Notes under the pieces: model-generated
What the model saw: the letters and a program-made list of their open reading frames with translations, nothing else
Database searches by the model: none
What the model was told of the DNA's origin: nothing
In this document: positions 1-13,065 of the stretch, piece after piece
How the letters are laid out: each line of letters opens with the position of its first letter
Position numbering within the stretch: position 1 is the first letter of the stretch
NCBI RefSeq assembly: GCF_053078305.1
Contig: NZ_CP166879.1
Strand: one strand, 5' to 3'
Length of the DNA: 64,000 nt
Position numbers and translations under genes: made by a program

Positions 1-35
1 TAAGGTACTGTCTAAGAAAGAGAAAGGATATTACA

Positions 36-2171
36 TTGCTTAATCCGATCGTTCGTAAATTCCAGTACGGCCAACACACCGTGACTCTGGAAACCGGCAT
101 GATGGCTCGTCAGGCTACTGCCGCTGTTATGGTTAGCATGGATGACACCGCGGTATTTGTTACCGTTGTTGGCCAGAAAAAAGCCAAACCAGGTCAGGAC
201 TTCTTCCCACTGACCGTTAACTATCAGGAGCGTACCTACGCTGCTGGTCGTATCCCGGGTAGCTTCTTCCGTCGTGAAGGTCGTCCAAGCGAAGGCGAAA
301 CCCTGATCGCGCGTCTGATTGACCGCCCGATTCGCCCGCTGTTCCCGGAAGGCTTCGTCAACGAAGTTCAGGTTATCGCCACCGTGGTTTCTGTTAACCC
401 GCAGGTTAACCCGGATATCGTCGCGATGATTGGTGCTTCCGCGGCACTGTCTCTGTCTGGTATTCCGTTCAATGGTCCGATTGGTGCTGCCCGCGTAGGT
501 TACATCAATGACCAGTACGTACTGAACCCGACTCAGGACGAGCTGAAAGAGAGCAAACTGGATCTGGTTGTTGCCGGTACTGAAGCTGCCGTGCTGATGG
601 TTGAATCTGAAGCTGAACTGCTGAGCGAAGACCAAATGCTGGGCGCAGTGGTGTTCGGTCATGAACAACAGCAGGTTGTTATTCAGAACATCAATGAACT
701 GGTGAAAGAAGCCGGTAAACCGCGTTGGGATTGGCAGCCGGAGCCGGTAAACGAAGCGCTGAACGCGCGCGTTGCTGCACTGGCTGAAGCTCGTCTGAGT
801 GATGCTTACCGCATCACCGACAAACAAGAGCGTTATGCGCAGGTTGATGTCATCAAATCTGAAACCATCGCAACGCTGCTTGCTGAAGACGAAACCCTGG
901 ACGAAAACGAACTGGGTGAAATTCTGCACGCGATCGAGAAAAACGTTGTTCGTAGCCGCGTACTGGCAGGCGAACCGCGTATCGACGGTCGTGAAAAAGA
1001 TATGATCCGTGGTCTGGATGTGCGTACTGGCGTGCTGCCGCGTACTCACGGTTCTGCGCTGTTCACCCGTGGTGAAACGCAGGCGCTGGTTACCGCAACG
1101 CTGGGTACCGCTCGTGACGCACAGGTTCTTGATGAACTGATGGGCGAACGTACCGATACCTTCCTGTTCCACTACAACTTCCCTCCGTACTCCGTAGGCG
1201 AAACCGGCATGGTCGGTTCTCCGAAGCGTCGTGAAATTGGTCACGGTCGTCTGGCGAAGCGCGGCGTGCTGGCAGTAATGCCGGATATGGACAAATTCCC
1301 GTACACCGTACGTGTAGTGTCTGAAATCACCGAATCCAACGGTTCTTCTTCTATGGCTTCCGTGTGCGGTGCGTCTCTGGCACTGATGGACGCAGGTGTG
1401 CCAATCAAAGCTGCCGTTGCGGGTATCGCAATGGGTCTGGTGAAAGAAGGCGACAACTACGTTGTACTGTCTGACATTTTGGGCGACGAAGATCACCTGG
1501 GCGATATGGACTTCAAAGTTGCGGGTTCCCGCGACGGTATCTCTGCATTGCAGATGGATATCAAAATTGAAGGTATCACCAAAGAGATCATGCAGGTTGC
1601 GCTGAACCAGGCTAAAGGTGCGCGTCTGCATATCCTGGGCGTAATGGAACAGGCGATCAACGCGCCGCGTGGCGATATCTCTGAGTTCGCACCGCGTATC
1701 CATACCATCAAGATCAACCCGGACAAGATCAAAGATGTTATCGGTAAAGGCGGCTCTGTTATCCGTGCCCTGACCGAAGAAACCGGCACCACCATCGAAA
1801 TCGAAGATGACGGTACTGTGAAGATCGCAGCGACCGACGGCGAGAAAGCGAAACACGCTATTCGTCGTATCGAAGAGATCACTGCAGAAATCGAAGTGGG
1901 CCGCGTCTACACTGGTAAAGTGACCCGTATCGTTGACTTCGGCGCATTTGTTGCCATCGGCGGCGGTAAAGAAGGTCTGGTACACATCTCTCAAATCGCT
2001 GACAAACGCGTTGAGAAAGTGACCGATTACCTGCAGATGGGTCAGGAAGTACCGGTGAAAGTTCTGGAAGTTGATCGCCAGGGCCGTATCCGTCTGAGCA
2101 TTAAAGAAGCGACTGAGCAGTCTCAACCTGCTGCAGCACCGGAAGCTCCGGCTGCTGAACAGGGCGAGTAA
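36..2171 (+). CDS. pnp: polynucleotide phosphorylase (PNPase), 711 aa, TTG start
   Basis: Full-length ORF; translation shows RNase PH-like domains plus C-terminal KH/S1 region; TTG initiation codon at 36 as known for pnp. Confidence 0.96.
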
Positions 2172-2183
2172 GGTTGCCATTTG

Positions 2184-2208
2184 CCCTCCGCTGCGGCGGG
2201 GGGCTTTT
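2184..2208 (+). terminator. intrinsic terminator downstream of pnp
   Basis: GC-rich 8-bp stem (ccctccgc / gcgggggg) with 4-nt loop followed by CTTTT. Confidence 0.6.
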
Positions 2209-2279
2209 AACCGGGCAGGACGCCTTGTTAGCAACCGGGAACAGGACGTTCATTCAACCGTGGTCTTCGGGAGTGGGAA

Positions 2280-3164
2280 ATGAAGCCTTTTTTGCGCTGG
2301 TGTTTCGTTGCGACAGCACTTACGCTTGCAGGATGCAGTAATACTTCCTGGCGTAAAAGTGAAGTCCTCGCGGTACCATTGCAACCGACTTTACAGCAGG
2401 AAGTGATTCTGGCACGTATGGAACAAATCCTTGCCAGTCGGGCTTTAACCGATGACGAACGCGCACAGCTTTTATATGAGCGCGGAGTGTTGTATGATAG
2501 TCTCGGTCTGAGGGCATTAGCGCGTAACGATTTTTCGCAAGCGCTGGCAATCCGACCGGATATGCCTGAAGTATTCAATTACTTAGGCATATATTTAACG
2601 CAGGCAGGCAATTTTGATGCTGCCTATGAAGCGTTTGATTCTGTACTTGAGCTTGATCCAACTTACAACTACGCGCACTTGAATCGCGGGATCGCATTAT
2701 ATTACGGCGGTCGTGACAAGTTAGCGCAAGATGATCTGCTGGCGTTTTATCAAGACGATCCCAATGATCCTTTCCGTAGTCTGTGGCTTTATCTCGCCGA
2801 GCAGAAGCTCGATGAGAAGCAGGCTAAAGAAGTGTTGAAACAGCACTTCGAAAAATCGGATAAGGAACAGTGGGGATGGAACATTGTCGAGTTCTACCTG
2901 GGCAACATTAGCGAACAAACGTTAATGGAAAGGCTCAAGGCGGACGCAACGGATAACACCTCGCTCGCTGAGCATCTCAGTGAAACCAACTTCTATTTAG
3001 GTAAGTACTACCTAAGTCTGGGGGATTTGGACAGCGCCACGGCACTGTTCAAACTGGCGGTTGCCAACAACGTTCATAACTTTGTTGAGCACCGATACGC
3101 ATTGTTGGAATTATCGCTCCTGGGCCAGGACCAAGATGACCTGGCAGAATCGGACCAGCAATAG
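2280..3164 (+). CDS. nlpI: lipoprotein NlpI (TPR repeat), 294 aa
   Basis: ORF with lipobox LAGC near N-terminus and TPR-like repeats; synteny after pnp. Confidence 0.93.
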
Positions 3165-3343
3165 CTGACGTACACATCAGCCCGTAATCTTTTTTGATTG
3201 CCATCACCTTAACGGGTGAGGGCGTTGTTGTTCGTTAATACACCTACTTTGAGCCGGTTCACACTTTTCAATGAAAATTGCTGATCAATTTCATGATGAG
3301 TTATGTAGACTGGCCGCCATTAATTTTGAGGCACACGTACTAC

Positions 3344-5233
3344 ATGGCTGAATTCGAAACCACTTTTGCAGATCTGGGCCTGAAGGCTCCTATCCTTGAA
3401 GCCCTTAACGATCTGGGTTACGAAAAACCATCTCCAATTCAGGCAGAGTGTATTCCACATCTGCTGAATGGCCGCGACGTTCTGGGTATGGCCCAGACGG
3501 GGAGCGGAAAAACTGCAGCATTCTCTTTACCTCTGCTGCAGAATCTTGATCCTGAGCTGAAAGCACCACAGATTCTGGTGCTGGCACCGACCCGCGAACT
3601 GGCGGTACAGGTTGCTGAAGCAATGACGGATTTCTCTAAACACATGCGCGGCGTAAACGTGGTTGCTCTGTACGGCGGCCAGCGTTATGACGTGCAATTA
3701 CGCGCCCTGCGTCAGGGGCCGCAGATCGTTGTCGGTACTCCGGGCCGTCTGCTGGACCACCTGAAACGTGGCACTCTGGACCTCTCTAAACTGAGCGGTC
3801 TGGTTCTGGATGAAGCTGACGAAATGCTGCGCATGGGCTTCATCGAAGACGTTGAAACCATTATGGCGCAGATCCCGGAAGGTCATCAGACCGCTCTGTT
3901 CTCTGCAACCATGCCGGAAGCGATTCGTCGCATTACCCGCCGCTTTATGAAAGAGCCGCAGGAAGTGCGCATTCAGTCCAGCGTGACTACCCGTCCTGAC
4001 ATCAGCCAGAGCTACTGGACTGTCTGGGGTATGCGTAAAAACGAAGCACTGGTACGTTTCCTGGAAGCGGAAGATTTTGATGCGGCGATTATCTTCGTTC
4101 GTACCAAAAATGCGACTCTGGAAGTGGCTGAAGCTCTTGAGCGTAACGGCTACAACAGCGCCGCGCTGAACGGTGACATGAACCAGGCGCTGCGTGAGCA
4201 GACACTGGAACGCCTGAAAGATGGTCGTCTGGACATCCTGATTGCGACCGACGTTGCAGCCCGTGGCCTGGACGTTGAGCGTATCAGCCTGGTGGTTAAC
4301 TACGATATCCCGATGGATTCTGAGTCTTACGTTCACCGTATCGGTCGTACCGGTCGTGCGGGTCGTGCTGGCCGCGCGCTGTTGTTCGTTGAGAACCGCG
4401 AGCGTCGTCTGCTGCGCAACATTGAACGTACTATGAAGCTGACTATTCCGGAAGTAGAACTGCCGAACGCAGAACTGCTGGGCAAACGCCGTCTGGAAAA
4501 ATTCGCCGCTAAAGTACAGCAGCAGCTGGAAAGCAGCGATCTGGATCAATACCGCGCACTGCTGAGCAAAATTCAGCCGACTGCAGAAGGTGAAGAGCTG
4601 GATCTCGAAACTCTGGCCGCCGCACTGCTGAAAATGGCACAGGGTGAACGTACTCTGATTGTTCCGCCTGATGCGCCGATGCGTCCGAAACGTGAATTCC
4701 GTGACCGTGATGACCGTGGTCCGCGCGATCGTAACGACCGTGGCCCGCGTGGCGACCGTGAAGATCGTCCGCGTCGTGAACGTCGTGATGTTGGTGACAT
4801 GCAGCTGTACCGCATTGAAGTGGGCCGCGATGATGGTGTTGAAGTTCGTCATATCGTTGGTGCGATTGCTAACGAAGGCGACATCAGCAGCCGTTACATC
4901 GGTAACATTAAGCTGTTTGCTTCTCACTCCACCATCGAACTGCCGAAAGGTATGCCGGGTGAAGTGCTGCAACACTTTACACGTACTCGCATTCTGAACA
5001 AGCCGATGAATATGCAATTACTGGGCGATGCACAGCCGCATACTGGCGGAGAGCGTCGTGGCGGTGGTCGTGGTTTCAGTGGCGAGCGTCGTGAAGGTGG
5101 TCGTAACTTCAGCGGTGAACGCCGTGAAGGTGGTCGTGGTGATGGTCGTCGTTTTAGCGGCGAACGTCGTGAAGGCCGCGCTCCGCGTCGTGATGACTCT
5201 ACCGGTCGTCGTCGTTTTGGTGGTGATGCGTAA
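3344..5233 (+). CDS. deaD: DEAD-box RNA helicase DeaD/CsdA, 629 aa
   Basis: Motifs [20 protein letters not shown] present; start set at MAEFETTF (ATG 3344) rather than the upstream ORF-track start; Arg/Gly-rich C-terminal tail. Confidence 0.94.
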
Positions 5234-5258
5234 TCATCGCTGAACAGCGAACACAGTC

Positions 5259-5276
5259 TGTAAAATAATATATACA
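5259..5276 (+). promoter_or_regulatory. candidate TyrR box upstream of mtr
   Basis: tgtaaaataatatataca resembles TGTAAA-N6-TTTACA; mtr is a known TyrR/TrpR target. Confidence 0.4.
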
Positions 5277-5307
5277 GCCCCGATTTGAACCATCGGGGCT
5301 TTTTTTC
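5276..5307 (+). terminator. intrinsic terminator of deaD
   Basis: Perfect 9-bp stem agccccgat / atcggggct with 7-nt loop followed by T-run. Confidence 0.8.
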
Positions 5308-5315
5308 TGTCTTTT

Positions 5316-5333
5316 GTACTCGTGTACTGGTAC
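5316..5333 (+). promoter_or_regulatory. candidate TrpR operator in mtr promoter
   Basis: gtactcgtgtactggtac contains repeated GTAC half-sites as in trp-type operators, positioned about 55 bp upstream of the mtr start. Confidence 0.45.
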
Positions 5334-5386
5334 AGTGCAATACATAACAACGCAGTCGCACTATTTTTCACTGGAGAGAAGCCCTC

Positions 5387-6631
5387 ATGGCAACACTAAC
5401 CACCACCCAAACGTCACCGTCGCTGCTTGGCGGCGTGGTGATTATCGGCGGCACCATTATTGGCGCAGGGATGTTTTCTCTGCCAGTGGTCATGTCCGGG
5501 GCGTGGTTCTTCTGGTCAATGGCGGCGCTGATCTTCACCTGGTTCTGTATGCTGCATTCCGGCTTGATGATTCTGGAAGCTAACCTGAATTACAGAATCG
5601 GTTCGAGTTTTGACACCATCACCAAAGATTTGCTGGGCAAAGGCTGGAACGTGGTCAACGGCATTTCCATTGCATTTGTGCTCTATATCCTGACCTATGC
5701 CTATATTTCTGCCAGTGGTTCGATTCTGCATCACACCTTCGCAGAGATGTCACTAAACGTCCCGGCACGGGCGGCGGGTTTTGGTTTTGCATTGCTGGTA
5801 GCGTTTGTGGTGTGGTTGAGCACTAAAGCCGTCAGTCGCATGACAGCGATTGTGCTGGGGGCGAAAGTCATTACCTTCTTCCTCACCTTTGGTAGCCTGC
5901 TGGGGCATGTGCAGCCTGCGACATTGTTCAACGTCGCCGAAAGCAATGCGTCTTATGCACCGTATCTGTTGATGACCCTGCCGTTCTGTCTGGCATCGTT
6001 TGGTTATCACGGTAACGTGCCAAGCCTGATGAAGTATTACGGCAAAGATCCGAAAACCATCGTGAAATGCCTGGTGTACGGTACGCTGATGGCGCTGGCG
6101 CTGTATACCATCTGGTTGCTGGCGACGATGGGTAACATCCCGCGTCCGGAGTTTATCGGTATTGCAGAGAAGGGCGGTAATATTGATGTGCTGGTACAGG
6201 CGTTAAGCGGCGTACTGAACAGCCGTAGTCTGGATCTGCTGCTGGTCGTGTTCTCAAACTTTGCGGTAGCGAGTTCGTTCCTTGGCGTAACGCTGGGTTT
6301 GTTTGACTATCTGGCAGATCTGTTTGGTTTCGATGACTCAGCTGTGGGCCGCTTGAAAACAGCATTGCTGACCTTTGCCCCGCCTGTCGTGGGGGGCCTG
6401 CTGTTCCCGAACGGATTCCTGTACGCCATTGGTTATGCTGGTTTAGCGGCTACCATCTGGGCGGCAATTGTTCCGGCACTGCTGGCCCGCGCATCGCGTA
6501 AACGCTTTGGCAGCCCGAAATTCCGCGTCTGGGGTGGCAAGCCGATGATTGCGCTGATTCTGGTGTTTGGCGTCGGCAACGCACTGGTGCATATTTTATC
6601 GAGCTTTAATTTACTGCCGGTGTATCAGTAA
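5387..6631 (+). CDS. mtr: tryptophan-specific permease Mtr, 414 aa
   Basis: Polytopic membrane protein of the aromatic amino acid permease family; paralogous to tdcC/cyuP-type transporters in this window. Confidence 0.93.
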
Positions 6632-6636
6632 TCAGC

Positions 6637-6731
6637 GGTGCCTTATCCGACATTTCTGCTGCCTACACAATGCCTGATGCGCTTCGCTTATCAGGTCTAT
6701 GTAGGACAGCGTTGCCAGCTCGGATAAGGCT
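6637..6731. repeat. REP/BIME palindromic element cluster
   Basis: gccttatccgac / gcctgatgcgcttcgcttatcaggtctatgtagg / cggataaggc motifs typical of E. coli REP. Confidence 0.75.
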
Positions 6732-6748
6732 TCCCGCGTTAAGACACA

Positions 6749-7756
6749 CTATCCCAACAACTCTTCCTTAACATCCATCGCCAGCTCAAACGAATGCAGC
6801 CGCGCCTGGTGGTCGAAAATCTGCCCGTTGACCATAATCTCATCGGCGTCGGTTTCGCGCAGGATCGACTGCAAGCCATGACGCACTTTCGCTTTATCAC
6901 CTACCAACGACATACTCAGCGCCTGCTGCACGCCATACTGCTCAGACGGTGACCAGAACTGATCCATATTTTGAATCGGCGGCGGCAGTTGCCCGGTTTC
7001 GCCACGGCGCAGCTTCACAAAGGCTTGCTGCATTGAGGTAAACAGAAATTCAGCGTCGCGGTTGCTGTCGGCGGCGATAATATTGATGCACACCATCGCG
7101 TATGGTTTTTCCAGCCGTGCTGACGGTTTGAAGTTGCTGCGATAAAGATGCAGCGCCTGGAACAGCATATCCGGCGCGAAGTGTGAGGCAAACGCAAACG
7201 GCAGACCAAGCTGCGCCGCCAGTTGCGCGCTGTAAAGGCTGGAGCCTAACAACCACACGGGGATTTTCTCGCCATAGCCTGGTACCGGGCGCACATGCGG
7301 ATTGGGATCGCGGGCGTCAAACCAGTCCACCAGCTCCGCCACATCGCGGGGGAAATTATCAATATCGCCGCTCATATGACGACGTAGCGCCATCATTGTC
7401 CGTTGGTCACTACCCGGAGCACGACCCAGCCCCAAATCGATTCGCCCCGGATAGAGTGTATTGAGCGTGCCGAACTGTTCTGCAATGACCAACGGTGAGT
7501 GGTTAGGCAACATCACGCCGCCAGACCCCAGATGCAGCGTGGTGGTATTCGCCGCCAGATAGCCAATCAATACCGACGTGGCAGCACTGGCAATGCCAGT
7601 CATATTGTGGTGTTCTGCCAGCCAGTAGCGATGATAGCCGCGCTTTTCAGCCAGACGGGCGAGATCGAGAGAGTGGGAGAATGCTTCTCGCGCTGAAGAA
7701 CCTTCGGGAATGGGGGCCAGATCGAGTAGCGAAAACGCAATGGTTTTATCAGTCAT
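6749..7756 (-). CDS. yhbW: luciferase-like (LLM class) flavin-dependent monooxygenase, 335 aa
   Basis: Full-length ORF, recognised sequence and synteny. Confidence 0.88.
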   Translation of the reverse strand: MTDKTIAFSLLDLAPIPEGSSAREAFSHSLDLARLAEKRGYHRYWLAEHHNMTGIASAATSVLIGYLAANTTTLHLGSGGVMLPNHSPLVIAEQFGTLNTLYPGRIDLGLGRAPGSDQRTMMALRRHMSGDIDNFPRDVAELVDWFDARDPNPHVRPVPGYGEKIPVWLLGSSLYSAQLAAQLGLPFAFASHFAPDMLFQALHLYRSNFKPSARLEKPYAMVCINIIAADSNRDAEFLFTSMQQAFVKLRRGETGQLPPPIQNMDQFWSPSEQYGVQQALSMSLVGDKAKVRHGLQSILRETDADEIMVNGQIFDHQARLHSFELAMDVKEELLG

Positions 7757-7759
7757 AAC

Positions 7760-7830
7760 AGCTCACTTTGTTACCGATTAATCTTTAATACTGCATTAAA
7801 GAGTAGTTAAAGTTGTTAACAAAGTGAGCT
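7760..7830. promoter_or_regulatory. 14-bp perfect inverted repeat (agctcactttgtta ... taacaaagtgagct) with 43-bp AT-rich spacer
   Basis: Read directly from sequence between the yhbW start and the ubiV stop. Confidence 0.5.
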
Positions 7831-7836
7831 ATTTAC

Positions 7837-8715
7837 TTAGGCTTGCAGCTCCAGTCCTGCCAGCCGCCGCCAGTAGCCGTTACAGTCGCTGTTCGCCGTC
7901 AACGGCAGTGGTGCAGCGCCATTTTCATTAGCGCGGAAGGCGTCGAGCATCGCGAAAGTGTCAGTACCCTGCGGTGACAGGCGGACCACATCAACCAGGC
8001 CCTGCATGGATGCCAGCTCGTTACCGAGGTTGTAAACGTAGCCGCTCATGGTCTGAATGCCATTGAGTACAAACACTTGTTGGTTTTCCTGCGACAGCAC
8101 GTTGCGCCCGTTCGGATACTTAATGCAGCAGGTTTCACACTCATCTTTCGGGCGGTCTTCCGAACGCGCGGTAAAGCAGCGAGCGGAGTAGGCCAGCGGT
8201 AGATGACCGTAGCTCAGGACTTCCACTTCAAACTGGTTGCGAATGCCCAGCTCATCGCACTGATTAAGCAGATTCACCAGCCAGTCGCGGGAAAGCTCCA
8301 CCGGCATACACCAGCGCATCATGCCCTGTTTGAGCAATATTTTCAGCGTCACCGCGTTATAGCAGTTCAGCGCGTGTCCGGCGACGAACGGCAGTTTGCG
8401 TTCAGCGCACATATTCACCACGCCGAGATCGCTGGCTTCAATCAGAAACTCACCGTTCTCAACATAGCGTTTCAGTTCGCCCAGTTCAGATGATGCCTGC
8501 ACCAGCGCCAGCGTGGAGAGCACTATCTGCTTACCACTTCCGGCGAGCGATTTTGCCATCTCCAGCCAGTCGCCAACTTTGGTTGCCCGGCGCTTGCTGC
8601 ATACCGCTTCGCCAAGATAAATCACGTCGGCGCTGCTGGTGGCGGCCTGCTGATAAAAATCTTCCAGCGTCTCTTTTGGCCAGTACCACAGCACTGGCCC
8701 TAAGGAATATTTCAT
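7837..8715 (-). CDS. ubiV: U32-family protein UbiV (YhbV), O2-independent ubiquinone biosynthesis, 292 aa
   Basis: ORF recognised; start set at MKYSLGPVLWYW; overlaps ubiU stop region. Confidence 0.88.
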   Translation of the reverse strand: MKYSLGPVLWYWPKETLEDFYQQAATSSADVIYLGEAVCSKRRATKVGDWLEMAKSLAGSGKQIVLSTLALVQASSELGELKRYVENGEFLIEASDLGVVNMCAERKLPFVAGHALNCYNAVTLKILLKQGMMRWCMPVELSRDWLVNLLNQCDELGIRNQFEVEVLSYGHLPLAYSARCFTARSEDRPKDECETCCIKYPNGRNVLSQENQQVFVLNGIQTMSGYVYNLGNELASMQGLVDVVRLSPQGTDTFAMLDAFRANENGAAPLPLTANSDCNGYWRRLAGLELQA

Positions 8716-8723
8716 TGCTCTTC

Positions 8724-9719
8724 TCACTGCCATTTACGGTGATACGCGCCAAGGGTGGTTTGCGTGCCTTCGGACATCGACCCGAGCGTCTCCATCCACG
8801 CGCTTTGCGGTACGAAGTTTTGCGGATCGGCCTTACAACGGTCGATAGCCTGACGCCAGACTTTCGCCACCTGGCTGACATACGCCGGGCTACGCTGGCG
8901 GCCTTCAATTTTCACCGAAGCGATATTCGACGCCATTAACTCCGGTAGCAGTTCCAGGGTATTGAGACTGGTTGGTTCTTCCAGCGCGTGATAGCGCTCG
9001 CCGTCCACCAGATAACGCCCTTTACACAACGTCGGATAACCTGCGTTTTCGCCGTCCTGATAACGATCGATCAGCACTTCGTTCAGGCGGGATTCCAGCC
9101 CCTGCGGCGTTTGTTGCCAGCGCACGAAACGGGCCGGAGAACACGCGCCCACGGTGTTGGGCGACTCACCCGTCAGATACGACGACAGATAGCAACGACC
9201 TTCCGACATAATGCACAGGCTGCCGAAAGCAAACACTTCCAGCGGGACAGGTGTGACCCGTGCCAGCTGTTTCACCTGATGAATCGACAACACGCGCGGC
9301 AGCACCACGCGGGCAACGTCAAAATGGCGATGATAAAAGTTAATCGCCTCTTCATTGGTCGCCGAAGCCTGCACTGACACATGACGCTCAATATGCGGGT
9401 AACGCTCGGCGGCGTACTCCAGCATGGCGAGGTCGGCGAGGATCAGCGCGTCGGCACCCAGCTGCGCCGCCATATCCACGGCACGCTGCCAACGGGCGTA
9501 ACCGTCCGGATGCGCAAAAGTGTTAATCGCGATGTGAAGTTTGCGGCGATGTTGATGGACAAAACTCACCGCTTCCTGCAATTTTTTCTCGGTAAAGTTA
9601 AGGCCGGCGAAGTGACGGGCATTGGTATCATCTTTTAGCCCGATATAAACAGCATCTGCGCCGTTTTCGATGGCCGCCTTAAGCGCCGGGAGATTTCCGG
9701 CAGGGCAGAGCAGCTCCAT
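8724..9719 (-). CDS. ubiU: U32-family protein UbiU (YhbU), 331 aa
   Basis: ORF recognised; start set at MELLCPAGNL (ATG 9719). Confidence 0.88.
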   Translation of the reverse strand: MELLCPAGNLPALKAAIENGADAVYIGLKDDTNARHFAGLNFTEKKLQEAVSFVHQHRRKLHIAINTFAHPDGYARWQRAVDMAAQLGADALILADLAMLEYAAERYPHIERHVSVQASATNEEAINFYHRHFDVARVVLPRVLSIHQVKQLARVTPVPLEVFAFGSLCIMSEGRCYLSSYLTGESPNTVGACSPARFVRWQQTPQGLESRLNEVLIDRYQDGENAGYPTLCKGRYLVDGERYHALEEPTSLNTLELLPELMASNIASVKIEGRQRSPAYVSQVAKVWRQAIDRCKADPQNFVPQSAWMETLGSMSEGTQTTLGAYHRKWQ

Positions 9720-9927
9720 AATTTTTCCTGAAGGTTGCGCTATCAAAACGCAAAAATGTTAACGAACTGGGATTTTAGTTAACCTTGCTGCGACAATTTT
9801 TGATTTAAGGCAGTTAAAGTTGTATTGGTGGTAGCAGCAATTTCATATGGAATTGTTGATTTATACCGCTATGTTATTTTTCTGATATGGCAAAATAGGA
9901 TGATTGTTGAAACAGGGAGTAAAACTC

Positions 9928-10452
9928 GTGTTGGATAAACTGCGTTCCCGTATTGTGCATTTGGGGCCATCTCTGTTGAGTGTACCGGTAAAACTGACGC
10001 CATTTGCGCTAAAACGCCAGGTTCTTGAGCAGGTCTTAAGCTGGCAATTCCGTCAGGCGCTGGATGATGGCGAGCTGGAGTTTCTTGAAGGCCGCTGGTT
10101 AAGTATTCATGTGCGTGATATTGACCTGCAATGGTTTACCTCGGTGGTGAATGGCAAACTGGTGGTCAGCCAGAACGCGCAAGCTGATGTGAGTTTTAGT
10201 GCCGACGCCAGCGATCTGCTGATGATTGCGGCGCGTAAACAGGATCCGGATACGCTCTTCTTCCAGCGTCGGCTGGTGATTGAAGGCGATACGGAGCTGG
10301 GGCTGTATGTGAAAAACCTGATGGACGCCATTGAACTGGAGCAAATGCCGAAAGCCTTACGCATGATGCTGCTGCAACTGGCGGATTTTGTTGAGGCGGG
10401 AATGAAAACCGCGCCTGAAACCAAACAGACATCGGTAGGTGAACCATGCTAA
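9928..10452 (+). CDS. ubiT: SCP2-domain protein UbiT (YhbT), 174 aa, GTG start
   Basis: GTG at 9928 preceded by GGGAGT Shine-Dalgarno; divergent from ubiUV. Confidence 0.82.
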   Translation: MLDKLRSRIVHLGPSLLSVPVKLTPFALKRQVLEQVLSWQFRQALDDGELEFLEGRWLSIHVRDIDLQWFTSVVNGKLVVSQNAQADVSFSADASDLLMIAARKQDPDTLFFQRRLVIEGDTELGLYVKNLMDAIELEQMPKALRMMLLQLADFVEAGMKTAPETKQTSVGEPC

Positions 10453-10949
10453 TTCGAGTAGAAATTCCCATTGATGCGCCGGGTATTGATGCCCTGCTGC
10501 GTCGCTCATTCGAAAGTGATGCGGAAGCGAAGCTGGTTCACGATCTGCGTGAAGATGGCTTTCTGACGCTGGGGCTGGTGGCGACAGATGACGAAGGTCA
10601 GGTCATTGGCTATGTGGCATTTAGTCCGGTTGATGTGCAGGGCGAAGACCTGCAATGGGTCGGCATGGCACCGTTGGCGGTAGATGAAAAATACCGTGGA
10701 CAGGGGCTGGCACGCCAACTGGTCTATGAAGGACTCGATTCGCTTAATGAGTTCGGCTATGCCGCAGTGGTGACGCTGGGCGATCCGGCGCTGTACAGCC
10801 GTTTTGGCTTTGAACTGGCGGCACATCACGATCTGCGTTGCCGCTGGCCAGGCACTGAAAGCGCCTTCCAGGTACATCGTTTAGCGGATGACGCGTTGAA
10901 TGGCGTAACTGGTCTGGTTGAGTATCACGAGCATTTCAATCGCTTTTAA
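10446..10949 (+). CDS. yhbS: GNAT-family N-acetyltransferase, 167 aa
   Basis: ORF recognised; start overlaps ubiT stop. Confidence 0.88.
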
Positions 10950-11238
10950 TCTCCGGGGTTTGCAGACTGCTTAACAGCTCTGCAAACCCTGCGCCTTCCG
11001 CTACCAGACGCTCTTTTTGCCGTTTGGTCAGTTGTTTAACGCGATATTCCGCCCGTAACGCCAGCGAACGATCGCCCACTGGCGCAGAAAACGCCAGCGT
11101 CAGTTCTCCTTTCCCGCGCAGTGCTTTCGCCCCTTTGCCGCTTTGGTGCTGCTGATAGCGGCGTTCGACATCCGTGGTGATCCCGGTATAAAGCTTATTG
11201 TCGGCGGTACGGATCAAGTAAAGAAACCAGGGTGTCAT
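10936..11238 (-). CDS. yhbQ: GIY-YIG domain nuclease, 100 aa
   Basis: ORF recognised; convergent with yhbS and overlapping its 3' end. Confidence 0.88.
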
Positions 11239-11288
11239 CGTCTGCGTCGCATGTTAAGGTCAGGCCCACAGTATAAAAGAGAACAGCA

Positions 11289-11711
11289 ATGGAAACACTC
11301 ATCACCATCAGCCGTTGGTTGGCAAAACAACATGTTGTCACCTGGTGTGTGCAGCAGGAAGGGGAACTCTGGTGCGCTAATGCTTTTTATCTGTTTGATG
11401 CGCAGAAAGTCGCCTTCTACATTTTGACGGAAGAAAAAACGCGTCATGCGCAGATGAGTGGGCCGCAGGCTGCGGTTGCCGGAACGGTAAACGGTCAGCC
11501 GAAAACGGTAGCGTTAATTCGCGGCGTGCAGTTTAAAGGTGAGATCCGCAGGCTGGAAGGTGAGGAAAGCGACCTCGCGCGCAAGGCGTACAATCGTCGC
11601 TTTCCGGTTGCCAGAATGCTGTCGGCCCCGGTGTGGGAAATCCGGCTCGATGAAATCAAATTCACCGACAACACGCTGGGCTTTGGTAAAAAAATGATTT
11701 GGCTACGCGGC

Positions 11712-11732
<21 letters not shown>
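11289..11732 (+). CDS. yhbP: UPF0306 / pyridoxamine-phosphate-oxidase-like protein, 147 aa
   Basis: ORF recognised, synteny. Confidence 0.87.
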
Positions 11733-12332
<600 letters not shown>

Positions 12333-12347
12333 TAGACAATTCTGTAA

Positions 12348-12993
<646 letters not shown>

Positions 12994-13065
12994 TTATTCC
13001 CAAGAATTGATAGTGAGCGTAATATTCACGCGCTCAATTATCATAACTTATTCCTGGGGAATGCT

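Noticed and set aside
12-2234. 740-aa ORF on the minus strand spanning the whole pnp gene
   Set aside because: Antisense to a highly conserved, confidently identified gene; translation is low-complexity with no recognisable domains. Long antisense ORFs are common opposite GC-rich genes with biased codon usage.
3698-5017. 439-aa minus-strand ORF opposite deaD
   Set aside because: Antisense artefact; the product is dominated by T/V/R/A runs generated by the complement of the deaD repeat region.
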